Below, piece by piece: positions 38,678-51,420 of a stretch of 64,000 nt of DNA; position 1 is the stretch's first letter; the number at the start of each line of letters is the position of its first letter. Position numbers and translations under genes: made by a program. The notes under the pieces were generated by a model. It had not been told where the DNA came from. It was given only the letters and a program-made list of their open reading frames with translations, and searched no databases. Where the stretch lies: NCBI GenBank assembly GCA_043228905.1, contig JBHGNT010000006.1:14880001-14944000 (forward strand), written 5' to 3'. Source of the DNA: Azolla caroliniana. Lineage: Eukaryota; Plantae; Polypodiophyta.

Positions 38678-40260
38678 CCATCTCCTCGATTCTTTGCGCA
38701 GGGAAAGCACGGTCGAGTCTCCACTACTTGCCAGCTCTTCATCTAATTGATCATTTTGAATACGTCGTTCTTCATTTGGCCCGTTGAGCCGGAATGAGAT
38801 CAGACTCTCATCTAGAGTACCAAACTTTTCTTCCTCTTTTGTCCGGATTGTTTCGGGCTCACTGACCTCATCTTCCGGAATCAGATCGGAGTCGGGGGTC
38901 GTAGTCGGTAAAGAGTACCAGGATGCCGACTCATCAAATTCGACATCTTGGCTTACTCAGACTATCTTTGTCCTGGGTTTATAACACTTATACCCCTTTT
39001 TCTCATGTGAGTATGCGACTAGTATGCACTTCTCCGACTTCGGATCTAGCTTCCTCCGTTTCTCATTTGGTACATGCACATAGGCAATGCTACTGAATAT
39101 CTTGAGGTGTCTTAAGTTCGTGTGCTAACACCTTCTCCCCAATCCGTTTCTAGATGTAGATAGCCATCTGGACCGCTTGGGCATGCTCTTCTCCTTTAGC
39201 ATTGCACGTGCCGCTTCGACAATCAACCAGTTCTTCCGCTCGGCTACATCGTTATGTTCCGGCATGTATTGGTAGCTGAATTCCCTATGAATTCCTTTTT
39301 GTTGCAAATAACTATTGAATTGGCCGGAAAAATATTCTTTTCCGCCATCTGACCGCAAGTACTTCTTGATCTTCCTCTTCGTTTCCCGTTCGACAAGATT
39401 TTGCAGGTTCCATAAACAGTCGAAAACTTCGCCTTTCCTTTCAATCAGATAGATCCATGTGTGTCGACTATCGTCGGCGATGAAGGAGATGAAATATCGA
39501 CTCCTGCCAAGACTAACGTTTTGTGTTGGTCCCCATACATCCGAATGTATTAAGTCAAGCTTATTACAACTCCGGTTTCTTTCAGTGGGGAACGAAAGCC
39601 GATGTTACTTCCCGAGCTGGTAGGCTTTGCAAATTTGGGCCTTCCGGCCACTAAATTTCGGTAATCTGAAAACCACATGTTTCGATTGTAGATCTTGAGA
39701 CCTCTAGTAGTTGATGTGGCCTATTCACTTGTGCCATAAGTCAATGTGTGACTCGACTTTTTGTCCTTTGGTGAATAGAGTAGTGCCGACGTCATTGGTG
39801 TCAGGGATGAACATCCTCCTGTCCTAGCGTCCTTCTATGATTATATGGCCTTCTTACTCGACAAATCACCCGAGGTGCAGCGTAAACTACACCTTCATCC
39901 CCTGGTCGACGATCTATTCGACCGACACGAGGTTCTTCATGATTGTCGGAACATGTAAAACATTCATTATCTTTCCCTTTCGTCCGACATGACTCAAATG
40001 GACTTCTTTGACATGCTCGATCGGGTGCGGAGTGTCGTCTCCAGTTTCGACAACTCCCGGTTGCTCCGACTTCTCTAGATATGAGAACCACTTTTCGTGG
40101 CTTGTCATGTGGTTTGATGTTTTGGAGTCAACATACCACACTTCCTCTGATTTGGATGTGGTCTTCTTCATCGAGTTCACCTTGTGCTTCATCACAAAGT
40201 CTAGTCCTTTTCCGATCTTTCCAGTTTCGAATCCTTCTGATCCTCCGACGTAGTGTGAGC
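38678..40260 (-). mobile_element. Copia fragment (protease, integrase)
   Basis: WYVDSKTSNHM, RSDGGKEY, EHNDVAERKN and KLDPKSEKC motifs on the minus strand. Confidence 0.8.
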
Positions 40261-40349
40261 TTTACCGATTCTCTTGTTCGGCCTTACCGGATCCGGATTT
40301 ATCCGAATAGGTGCGCTTCTTACATCACTCGATTTCTCAGTGACCCTTC

Positions 40350-40712
40350 TTTCCACAATCAAACGACGTGAGTGGGGTGACAAGGGCTCATCAGGGGCGG
40401 GATCTGTTGCGGCAAGAAAGCTCGAGGGACCCCCGTCGGCATGAAGGGAGAAAACCCGGGATTCGCTAGAGACAGGCTCGACGTCAACCAGCGTGGTCAA
40501 AGGCCCGTCCGAAGGAGCAGCTCTGGAAGAGCTAATGCAGATAGTACAAGACCTCCAGATTGCACAAGCAAGGAGGGATGGCGGCGAGCAGCCTCATGAC
40601 CGAAGGCCTCCGGCTGGGCATCGGTGCTTGTGGTGTGACACGGTCCGTCACATCTGGAAGGACTGCGGGGACTTTGCAGAAGTGCTCAGGGCTAACGTGG
40701 TGTACCTATGGA
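40350..40712 (+). mobile_element. Gypsy gag fragment of the 42119-48929 family
   Basis: VKGPSEGAALEELMQIV...RCLWCD..HIWKDC matches 43540-43765. Confidence 0.8.
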
Positions 40713-41209
40713 CCGTCTCCTCGATTCTTTGCGCGGGGAAAGCACGGTTGAGTCTCCACTACTCGCCGGCTCTTCGTCTAATTGATCATTTTGAATACGT
40801 CGTTCTTCATTTGGCCCGTTGAGCCGGAATGAGATCAGACTCTCATCTAGAGTACCAAACTTTTCTTCCTCTTCTATCCGCATTGTTTCAGGCTTACTGA
40901 CCTCGTCTTCCGGAATCAGATCGGAGTCGGGGGTTGTAGTCGGTAAAGAGTACCAGGATGCCGACTCATCAAATTCGACATCTTGGCTTACTCGGACTAT
41001 CTTTGTCCTGGGTTTATAATACTTATACCCCTTTTGCTCATCCGAGTAGGCGACTAGTATGCACTTCTCCGACTTTGGATCTAGCTTCCTCCGTTTCTCA
41101 TCTGGTACATGCACATAGGCTATGCTACAGAATATCTTGAGGTGTCTTAAGTTCGTGTGCTAACACCTTCTCCCCGATCCGTTTCTGGATGTAGACAGTC
41201 GTCTAGACC
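40713..41209 (-). repeat. Second copy of copia integrase segment 38678-39173
   Basis: ~495-bp near-identical duplicate with the same left breakpoint (CCRTCTCCTCGATTCTTTGCGC). Confidence 0.85.
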
Positions 41210-41261
41210 ACATGAACCTACTCTAGATGGGTAAATCCTTCAGACCCTCCACAAGTAGGGG

Positions 41262-41546
41262 GAGTCAAGTCGATGCCGGGAATTGGCAATCGAAGGCCAA
41301 CATCTATTGCAGCAAAGAGTCAAACAATACAACTAGTACACCAAAAGAGAGAGAGACAGTTAGGCACAATATAAAGAGTATATTACAGCTTAAAGCAACA
41401 GCCACTAACTAGGTTACAAAGTCAGTTTATATACTGACTCACTTAGGGCAACTGCCCTTCTCACTATTTACATAAATAGCCTAAGCCTAGTGTGTACAAA
41501 AAAAGGAGACGGTATGAATACGTCCATTAGAAGCCCATATTCAACA
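41262..41546 (-). mobile_element. Truncated LTR related to the young copia LTR (30888)
   Basis: Reverse complement TGTTGAATA...TAATGGACGTATTCA and GGGCAGTTGCCCTAAGT match 30888-30975. Confidence 0.7.
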
Positions 41547-41834
41547 ATATTCCTCGAGTAGGTTTCTTTCAAAAGTTACACAATCCCAGCTTGCTACTTG
41601 TATCTCCTGGATTCGAGAATGAAGATTCGAAGGTATGAACTTTGCAAAGTTTGATAATTTCCTTGCCACATGAATGTTCCTCATTAACATTTCAGTTTTA
41701 TTGGCCTCTAGGTATTGGGTTACATCTTTCCCATCAAAGTGACCATTTACATCTATGATCTTTTTAATTGCTTTGTCAAGGCTTGCAATGTTGTCTCTCT
41801 CACGAAACATGTAGTCCATCATCATGGCCATCAC
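41547..41834 (-). pseudogene. Gypsy gag N-terminal fragment (Trp-PBS family)
   Basis: LDKAIKKIIDVNGHFDGKDVTQYLEA is similar to LDRAIESIVGTIGRFGGKNATSYLEA at 42818. Confidence 0.65.
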
Positions 41835-42118
41835 TCAACCCAAATTGTCATTCTATTCACCAATAATCGATTCACAGGCCATCCTCCCTTGCCACTCTTT
41901 CATGTCGAGTTAACCAACATGTCACATAAAAATGCACGTGTTGGAGGATTGTGTTGTGTCTATTTGCAACCGAATAATAAAGAGATCTGGAAAAGGAATC
42001 GTGGTCACAAATGGTGTAGGACATGTTGTTGAGATCATGCACGTGCATGTGCTGCTCGAGCGGGACCAACTAAGAAGACATAGAGGATAGGTCTTGAACT
42101 CGAAGGATCCTTAGACGT

Positions 42119-45100
42119 TGTCGTGAAGAAAACCGGCTAGAAGCGGAAACGGCGAAGCAGGGCGCATGAACTGGCCCTACACTTTTCCACACCAATTAAT
42201 ACCTTGTACATAACTAGGAGTAGGACGGAGGGTGTAAATAGACTAGATGTGATGCATCGAATGTCTAGGAAATCAAAGAGTATCTCTGTCGGAAAGGACA
42301 AAGAAGGAATTGATGAGAACGAGGGTGCAACGGCCTACCTCGACGGCCTATAAAAGGGAAGGAAGCATGCGGATGAAGGGATCGCGTTTTGGGGGGCGAG
42401 GACAAAGTGCTATCGGATTGGGACCAAGCTCTCTCCTCCATCGTTCGTTGTTCTTTGCAAGATTTTGGACTGAGTTGCCTTTGCTTCGTGGACAGCCCGT
42501 GTCGTGTGCTTCCGACAGAGGCTCCACAGTGCAGTCGGGGTTGTGTGCGTGCATGAGCATCGTGTGTGTGTGTGTATTCGCCTGAGTTGGGTCCGTTGCC
42601 GGCTTGTTGGTTGTAATCGCTATTAATTTTGTAATTAAGACTTTGTTCTCTCTCTCTTTCTCCCTTTGTGTTTCTGCAAGCTGCTCTCTCTCTCTCTTCT
42701 TTCTTACGCTCCTTGGTTCAAGGCCCCCACGGTCTCGCCTCTTTCCGCACACGAAGAGCGTAACAACTCGACATATTTGGTGAACCCGACGTGAAACAAG
42801 CGGCAAAGGAGTGAAGCATGAGGGGATCCGAGCTTGCTGAAGCTATGGCCATAGCCGTCGACCGGCTAGTGAGCGCTTGCAAGGGAACGGGTGCCCTTGA
42901 CAGGGCCATTGAGTCGATCGTCGGCACCATAGGTCGATTCGGTGGGAAGAATGCCACGAGCTACTTGGAGGCCTACCATGCCAAAATGATCATGAGGGAT
43001 ATCTCGGTGGACAGGCAGCAGTCCGGATTCCCTCAGGTGGTGACGCCGAGCATCCACGCAGAGGTTCTCGAGGTGCTGGCCGGATGACAGACTTGGGAGG
43101 AGTTCGAGTTGCAGCTCCTCGAGATGTATGGGTTCGATGACTCACTTCGGCTATCGAAGTGAGACTCATGACATGGGTTGAGAGCCCTGGAAAGAGGAGG
43201 AACACGTCAGTGCTCCTCTAGGAGTTCGAGAAACGGTTCGCACGGCTGTCAACGTTGGACCGGACCGTGCTCGACACAAGCCGGGTATTACTATTCGTCA
43301 AGTCAGTGGACGCCATGGACCGGGAGAAGGTGGGTCTCCTGTTGGAAACGAATGAAGGGTTCTTGGTAGACTGGGCCATGGTAAGGAGGGCCTACGGTCG
43401 TTTCGACAAGCAGCGCGAGTGGAGCGACGAGGGCTCGTCAGCGGCAAGGCCAGTCCCGGTGAGGGAGCTCAAGGAGTCGGTGTCGATACCGGCTAGGAAG
43501 GAAGAAACTCAGAGTTGGCTTGAGACGGGCTCAGCCCCGAGCGGAGTGGTCAAAGGTTCCTCCGAAGGCGCAGCTCTAGAAGAGCTGTCGCAGATGGTGT
43601 GAGATCTCCAAATCGCACAGGCTCAGAGGGACAACGGCGAACAGTCTCGTGACCAAAGGCCGTCAGCGGGGCAGCGGTGCATGTGGTGCGACGTGGTCGA
43701 CCACATCCAGAAAGAGTGTGCGGATTTCGCCGAGGCACTCAAGACCAATGTGGTGTACCTCTGGAATGGGCGGGTGCACGCAAGCGAGACTCGGAAAGCC
43801 CTAGAGTTGAATACGGGGCACGGTGGAATGAAGTGGTTGATGGAAGAGGCCGCGGCACGACATGTGGAGGCCGTTAACTACTCAGCGTTGGCGGGAATCC
43901 GGGTCAGGGGTGACGAGGCCCAGAAAGCGAAGGACTTCGGATTCTGGCCGCTGGTGCTAGAAGGTCTCTCCGGAGTACGACTGAAGAAGGAAGAGGCAGA
44001 CCACGCGGAACAACGGATCCGGGAGGTCACCAGATGGGACGACCTAGTGGAAGAAAAGACTGGCTTCGTGGCAGCCGCATGCCAGAACTACGAGGTCTGG
44101 TAGAAGACAAGCGCGCGGGAAAGGCCGGAGGGGCAAGCCCCTCACAACGGTACGAGACCCGGTTCGGACCGAAGCCAAATGATGACGCCAACACTGACGC
44201 ACCGGAGAAGAAGAAGCAGGCCGGTTTCCGGCTGAGCACCGAAATCGAACGAACAACGGACTTGCGGAAGGTCCTGGAAGAGAGAATTCTTGACAACAAG
44301 GTCAAGCTGTCGTTACGGGAGGTGCTGGGAATCGCCAAGAAAGAGTTCCACGACTCCATCGTGGACTTGGTGAAGAGGAAGAGGCTCTCGACGGAGCCGG
44401 AACCGGAGAGGCCAGTGGAAGTGCAGACGACACACTTAGAAGACACGGCCCTAGAGGATGAGTTGGCGGAAAGCCACTACGCGAATCCGCATTGGGTTAG
44501 GGCCACTACGGAAACCCTTGTTTGGGTCGGCGACATCCAGGAGCCGGGTGGTGGCATTGGTAGAGACCACAGTTCGGAGATCAACCTAATGTCAATGGAC
44601 TTCTATAAAAAGGGGAAATGGCCAATCAACACCAAGCACGGGTGGAAGATACGCGCGGCGACGCGCGCTACAGAGGAGCTGCATGGTGCATGCCCGAACG
44701 TACGCATGAAGATCGGCGACGTCGAGATAGATCAGCATTTCTTCGTGCCGGAGACTTCCTCACACCCGGTAATTCTCGGCGAACCGTACATTACGGCAAC
44801 ATGCATGGAGACAAAAGTACTGAACAATGGTTCGGCGTATGCGCGCATCAAGAGCTAAGACGATCGGCATTCCGTACAATTCATGACAGTGCGACCCAAC
44901 CACAAGCGAAACCGTGAGACCCTCGGCGCCGACAGTTGAGGGGATTTTTAGAGAGGGCTATCAAGGCGTGGGGCCGCGATAGTCCGGACACCCCGGAAGA
45001 ACCCCACACATGTATTATAGATAGGAAATTTGGGTCTCCGAAAACAGAGGTTGGACACTAACTGGCATTAGTAGCCAGGAGAGGAAGCGGGCAGAGAGAC

Positions 45101-48100
45101 GACTTAGGGAGTGTGGAGTCCTCTCCCCCGACGAAGAAGTTAGTGGCGCCGTGGAGGCGGTCTCTTTTGATGACACCTTGGGCGAATTACGGGAGGTGGT
45201 CGGTAAAGGCCTTAGCGAAGACCGGACCATTCCGGTTAGCTCGATGGGAATGTACAAAGTCATCGCAAACTTCGGGGAAAGGATCGGGTCGGATCGAACG
45301 GCCCGCGTGGATACGAAGTACAAGATTGTGGACCGGAAGGTGAGGCCAGTTGCGGCACCCTTGCCGGAGAGCAGCGGAGAGCGGATGAAGGGGGTCGCGT
45401 CGGACCCAAGTTTACGGAATCCAGTCGGCATAGGGCACCGGTTCACTGACATAACGCTACGGGAGCTCAAGGTTGATGGGGGTGGCTTTCTACTACCGAA
45501 GGAGGAGGACCGGTTTCGGAGGATGCTCGAAAGGCACGGGAAGGCCTTCGCATTCTCACCGGAGGAGATCGGGTGCGTAGACCCGACAATCGTCGAGCCA
45601 ATGGTGATCTTCACTGTACCGCATGTGTCGTGGAATCTCAAGCCGATTCCGGTGCCCAGGGCTCACATCCCGATGCTGATAAAGCTATTGAAGCAGAAGG
45701 TGGATATGGGCATCCTCGAACCGTCGAGTGCCCCATACTCGAATCAGTGGTTCATGGTGCCAAAGAAGAACGGCGCGTTGCGCTTCATACAAGACCTACA
45801 AGATCTGTAATGCAAGAATCGGGCCGACCATAAACGAGTTCGCGGAGGCCTTCGCCGGGAGGTCGATCTATTCGGTCGGTGACTTATACTCAGGGTAAGA
45901 CTAATTCCAACTAGCCGTAGAGAGTAGGGACATCACGACAATGCTGACTCCTCTCGGCTTGGTCCGGATGTGTACCCTACCGCAAGGAGGAACGAATTCG
46001 GTGGCGCACATGGTAAACGCAATGAACAAGGTGCTGAGGGACTACATCCCGAACATCACTATGTCGTTCCTCGACGATGTACCGATAAAAGGGTGTCCAG
46101 TGGAGGATACATACGAAATGGTCGGGCCGGACGGATGTCGGAGGTTCGTCATGAACCACATCAACGACTGCGAGAAGGTGCTGCAGAGGCTCGAGAGCGC
46201 GCGGCTCACCTTCTCCAAAGAGAAATCAGCGTTCGGGTAGATGGAGATCCTGGTAGTCGGACACCTGTGCGGGCCCTACAGTCGGAAACCATCCCCGGCA
46301 AAGGTAGAAGCCATGTCCGTGATGAAGGGCAATTGCGGGTCGGTTACGGAGGTCCACCGATTCTTGGGTGCGTGCGCGTTCTACCACATCTGGATTCCGC
46401 ACTACGCACATGTCGCGGAACCGCTCTACGGGCTATTGAAGAAAGGGCATAGGTTCAAGTGGAGGACGGAGCACACGGAGTCGGTCCGGAGACTGAAGGA
46501 GGCGCTTGTTGCGGCACCGGCTCTCCGGAAAGTGGTTTACAACAAGGAATTCCCCATCTACGTGACGGTGGACACGAGCCCGACCGGGATCGGGTGGGTG
46601 ATCGGTCAGGAGGACAAGGACGGCGTATGGTCCCGATCCGGTTAGGGGCGAAGGTATTGAGCGAGTGGCAGCGAGGATACGCCCAAGTTAAGCGCAAGCT
46701 ATGGGGTATCATTTCGGCAGTTAAGGTCAACAAAGACTATCTAATCGGGACGGAAGTAATCATTGAGATGGATTGCCTACCGATTCTCGGTATGGTTTTC
46801 GGATGCGCGATGCCGGACCTGGCAATGCTCCGATGGGTAGCGTACGTCAAGTCCCTGAATCCGAAAATGCAACACATTTCCGGAAAGGACAATGCCATGG
46901 CCAACATGCGTTCGAGGGCGCGGTTCAGCGACAAGGACGACATGATTTCGGAAGACGAAGAAGGTGGCGAAGACTTATTTGGATCAGCTGGCGTGACAAC
47001 TGGGACGGGGAGCACTCCGGCGCTGAACGAGTTCGACGAGAATGAATACGATGGAGAGTGGCTCCGAATCGGGAGGTTCCTACGGACGATGACGCCGGAC
47101 ACGGTGTGGATGAGAGAAGAGGCCCGCCATGTGCAGAAGAAGGCGTATCGGTTCTTCCTACGGGAAGGGCGCATATGGAAGCACCCGAAGAGGCGAAGCG
47201 GCACCCCACTCCGCGTAGTGGCGAGGGAGGACGAGAAGAACGCGTTGCTCATGGCATACCACAAGAGTCCTTGGGCCGGACACCGTGGGACATGGGCCAC
47301 ATTTGAGAAGCTGAAGGGGAAGTACTGGTGGCCGGGACTATACCGGGACGTGCATCCGTTCGTAACGACTTGTGAAAGCTGTCAAGTGCACTCCATAGTC
47401 CGACATCGAGACGAGCTTCACCCGACCTACCCTCCGACCATCCACTTCAAGTGGATGGTGGATCTGGTGACGATGCCGATGGGGGTAGGGCAGATGTGAT
47501 ATCGGGTGTTCGCTCGAGAGGACCTGACGAGCCAGGTGGAAGGCCGAGCGTTGTAGAACAAAACGATCGCGGCCGTGTGTCGGTTTCTAATCGAAGATGT
47601 GGTATGCCGGTATGGGTGCGTCGTCAAGATCATGGCCGACCGCGGAGAACTAGATGCGCAAGAGGCTAAAGAGTTGTTTGACCGGCTAGGGGTTAAACTC
47701 TCGCTCACCACAGTGTACAATCCGGAGGCTAACAGGAAGGTGGAACGCGGACACGGACCGATCGTCAAAGTGATAGTACGGGCGTGTGGAGGCCAAGTCG
47801 GAAACTGGCCGCGGCTCTTACCCTATGCATTGTGGGCGGACCGGACTACGCACAGTTCGGTAACGGGGTTCATGCCAGCAGAACAAATGTACGGGCAAAA
47901 GCCGATCATGCCAGTGGTACGGACAATTTCTTCGTGGGCCGCGGTGGGCTGGAAGGACGAAATGAGCTGGGAAGAGTTGTTGGCGGCGCGAATCCGGCAA
48001 CTTGAGCGGAGGCCGGAGGATGTGGAATGGGTGAAGGAGAAGCTGCGCGCGACAAGGGAACGGAACAAACCCCGGTTCGACCGGACGCACTGGCTACGAC

Positions 48101-48929
48101 CGAAGAAGATCGAGGAAGGCGATTGGATGTTGGTTTACGACAACAGCCTCAACAACCAGCACAAGGCGACTCGCAAATTCGCGAGGAGATGATTCGAGCC
48201 CTACACAATGACGAGCGCGAACGACAACGGCACATACCATCTTGCGGAGCTCGACGGGACACGATTGGCGGTACCGGTAGCCGGGAAGTGGATTAAAGCG
48301 TTCCAGAAACGGTACGAAGATGAGCCGGAGCGGGGGAGCGATAACGACAACAATCGGCCCGGGGATGCCGATAATTCGGAGAGCGACGAGTGAGCGCGAG
48401 CCGGTTTTCTCCGGTATCTATCCCTCTCTGGAGCATACCGGTGGATGCACGGTTTGGTGGGGGTTGATGTCGTGAAGAAAACCGGTCACAAGCAGAAATG
48501 GTGAAGCAGGGCGCATGAACCGGCCCTACACTTTTCTACACCAATTAATACCTTGTACATAACTAGGAGTAGGATGGAGGGTGTAAATAGACTAGATGTG
48601 ACGCATCTAATGTCTAGGAAATCAAAGAGTATCTCTGTCCGAAAGGATAGAGAAGGAATTGATGAGAACGAGGGTGCAACAGCCTGCCTCGACGGCCTAT
48701 AAAAGGGAAGGAAGCATGCGGATGAAGGGATCGCGTTTTGGGGAGCGAGGACAAAGTGTTGTCGGACTGGGACCGAGCTCTCTCCTCCATCGTTCGTTGT
48801 TCTTTGCAGTATTTTGGGCTGAGTTGCCTCTGCTTCGTGGACAACCCGTGTGCTTCTGACAGAGGCTCCACGGTGCAGTCGGGGCTGTGTGCATGCGTGA
48901 GCATCGTGTGTGTGTGTGTATTCGCCTGA
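42119..48929 (+). mobile_element. Degenerate non-chromovirus Ty3/gypsy element with tRNA-Trp PBS; 3' LTR truncated
   Basis: 5' LTR 42119-42773 (TGTCG...CGACA). PBS TGGTGAACCCGACGTGAA 42778-42795. Gag 42818-44100, PR (DHSSEINLM), RT (LPQGGTNS, FLDDV), RH, IN (H-H-CESC, DLVTMP, ANRKVERG). No chromodomain seen. 3' LTR 48468-48929. Confidence 0.9.
44942..45007 (+). promoter_or_regulatory. Candidate -1 ribosomal frameshift cassette
   Basis: G GAT TTT TAG in the gag-PR frame, 6-nt spacer, stem GGGCTATC/GATAGTCC, loop GGGG able to pair with downstream CCCC. Confidence 0.55.
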
Positions 48930-51000
48930 AGGTCATGAAGGTCATAAAGAAATTACAACATAGGAAGTCCATGGACCACACATGATTGTGAGCAGAACAC
49001 ATCATATATGTGCGAGAGTGTCTAACTCCCCTTCTAACTCTAATATTCAATCGTGCCATCGCCGAGGGTTTTCCACCACACTAGACTATGAACATAGTTG
49101 CCCCCATACATAAAGGAGGAGACCCCATGGACCCAAATACATATAGGACCATTATGATAGGTCATACATTCGCTAAAATATATGGTGTAGTAATGGAAGC
49201 AGAGCTTCACGATTATATGGAGACCTTAAATATTCGAGCACCTGAACAAGCTGGCTTTAGATGGGCCTTCTCTACTATTGATCATATCATCACACTTAGA
49301 TGCTTAATTGACCAGACAAAGGCTCACAAGAAGAAATTATATTGTTGTTTTGTGGAGCGGTTGTTTGATAGGCTTAAAAGCTTGAAGATACCAGATGACA
49401 TGATTTGGGCCATCTACGGACTATATGAGCAAGTCTCCAGGTGGCCTATCCAACTGCTTCACTAGCACTATTAGTGTAAAACAAGGTTACCCCCTATCAC
49501 TGACTCTTTTTGGGATCTACATTGATGAGATCATGGATTTTATTGCTCATAAGGGAGGCAGCGGAGTAATCCTTGGGGGTACACAGGTTTGTATCTTGCT
49601 TTATGCAGACGACATAGTTTTGCTCTCTGAGTCCGAACACGACCTACAAAGGCACCTTATGCCTTAGAGGACTTTTGCACACAACGAGTGTTACGGGCAT
49701 GACCATATAATATCCCGAGGATTAAAAGTAATCCCCCCCTTCTTTACACTCTCGTTTAACCCTCACACTTATCCACGTGTATAGAATACTACGGTAAATT
49801 CTTACCACGGGATATTATATGGTCATGCCCGTAACAACGAGGATTGGTAGTGAACCTAGGGAAAACTAAAGTCCTTATCTTCCACACATCGGCTCAAGTT
49901 AGAACTAAGTGTCACCTAACCATCTCCCATAGCCCAGTTGAGGTAGTTGGATCATATGTATATCTCATAGTCACTTTCAGTGCCCGCTCAAGTAAATTTT
50001 CTATGACACAGGAAGCGAAGGATAGACTTACAAGAGGACATGCATCCCTCGCACTCTTAGAGAGACAATGCTACCAAGCCTACTTTCAAGAGCCACATAC
50101 TACTAAGGGGTGGTTCTTTGACTCATTAGTGACCCCCTCCCTCATGTATGCATCAGTGGTTTGGGCTCCAAGACTACCATCTTTCATGTGGGCGCAATTA
50201 GAGAGACCATTGGTGATGATGCTATCACGCCAACTCCGAAGCAAATCGACAGTACCACATGACATTATTAGAGTTGAGTTCACCTTACCCCCGATGTTAG
50301 CAGTAGCACTTTTACAACTCGTTGTCTTATTCATAGGATACATAGCCAACCACATGATAGGATATCTCATCAACCTTTTGAGACATCTAGATCTCTATAT
50401 GAGTCCGGTTATACTAGCTCATGGTATGGCATGATGGTGAGTTGGCTTCTTGCAAATGGTCTAGACATTAATAATCTACATCCCCTTAGGTACAACCACA
50501 CAATTGATAACGCTTTAATCTCTCATGAGGACCATAATAACGTAATACGCCAAGAAATATGGCAAATTTACACTCGGTATAAATGGATCACCCCGTTAGA
50601 GCCACTCCCATCTAAAATGTTGTACTATAAATAACACTTCATGCACTTCTCTAAGTTAGGTTTTCTTACACGACCAAAATATCTAGATGCATTCTTACCA
50701 AATGCACTAAGAGTTGCCATTGGACAACTTAGAATATAATCTAACCAACTTGAGATTGAGAATGGTCGTACTAATGGAGTCCCTAGAGAGGAAAGGATAT
50801 GTAGATTATGTCAGATAGAGATAGAGGATGAGTACCACTTTACATGTAAGTGTCCAACTTACGCCGAGATAATGGAAAAATACCGAGACATACTCAATAC
50901 CTCTCCCACCCTCCCCAAACTATTACATACTCTAGATATAAAGAAATTAGGTAGATATATCTTAGAGCTAAAACAACATAGAGAGAATATACTACAAAAT
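48930..51000 (+). mobile_element. 5'-truncated degenerate non-LTR retrotransposon ORF2 (RT plus C-terminal CCHC; RTEX/L2-like)
   Basis: PIHKGGDPMDPNTYRTI, EQAGFR..STIDHI, VKQGYPLS, LLYADDIVLLS, VVNLGKTKV, QLEIENGR...RICRLC..EDEYHFTCKC. Confidence 0.85.
49689..49836. mobile_element. 148-bp MITE-like element with 29-bp perfect TIRs, TG..CA ends and 5-bp TSD
   Basis: TIR TGTTACGGGCATGACCATATAATATCCCG and its exact reverse complement. TSD ACGAG at 49684-49688 and 49837-49841. Confidence 0.92.
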
Positions 51001-51005
51001 GTTGA

Positions 51006-51306
51006 TGTTGAGAATCAAGCTCAACTTGTTCTAGTGTGTGAACTCACCTTGAGAGTGAAGAGACACTCCAACGGTCAAGAGTCACCATTATGTCACCACT
51101 TTGTATTCTAGCATTTAATATGAGTCATAGAATCATATTCTATGACACATAACTTATGAGCTTTTACATTCCCCATGCTCCATGAGGCTTGTAGTTAATG
51201 AAGAGAGAGGGTGACTACATAAAGCACCCTCCTCCCACCTTGTATATTGTTGAGTCTTTCTCCTTTGTCAATATACATTTACCTTGCGTATTCTCTGTGT
51301 TTCACC

Positions 51307-51340
<34 letters not shown>

Positions 51341-51420
51341 GTTCACACCTATTCCGCTTCACAAGAATCCATCTCTTGATTCTTTACAGTTGACAATAAC
51401 GTTTCTAACATTCACCAACA
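51006..51420 (+). mobile_element. Possible solo LTR
   Basis: TGTTGAG...CCAACA ends, (CT)n(CA)n tract, hairpin GTCATAGAAT-CAT-ATTCTATGAC. No clean TSD. Confidence 0.4.
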
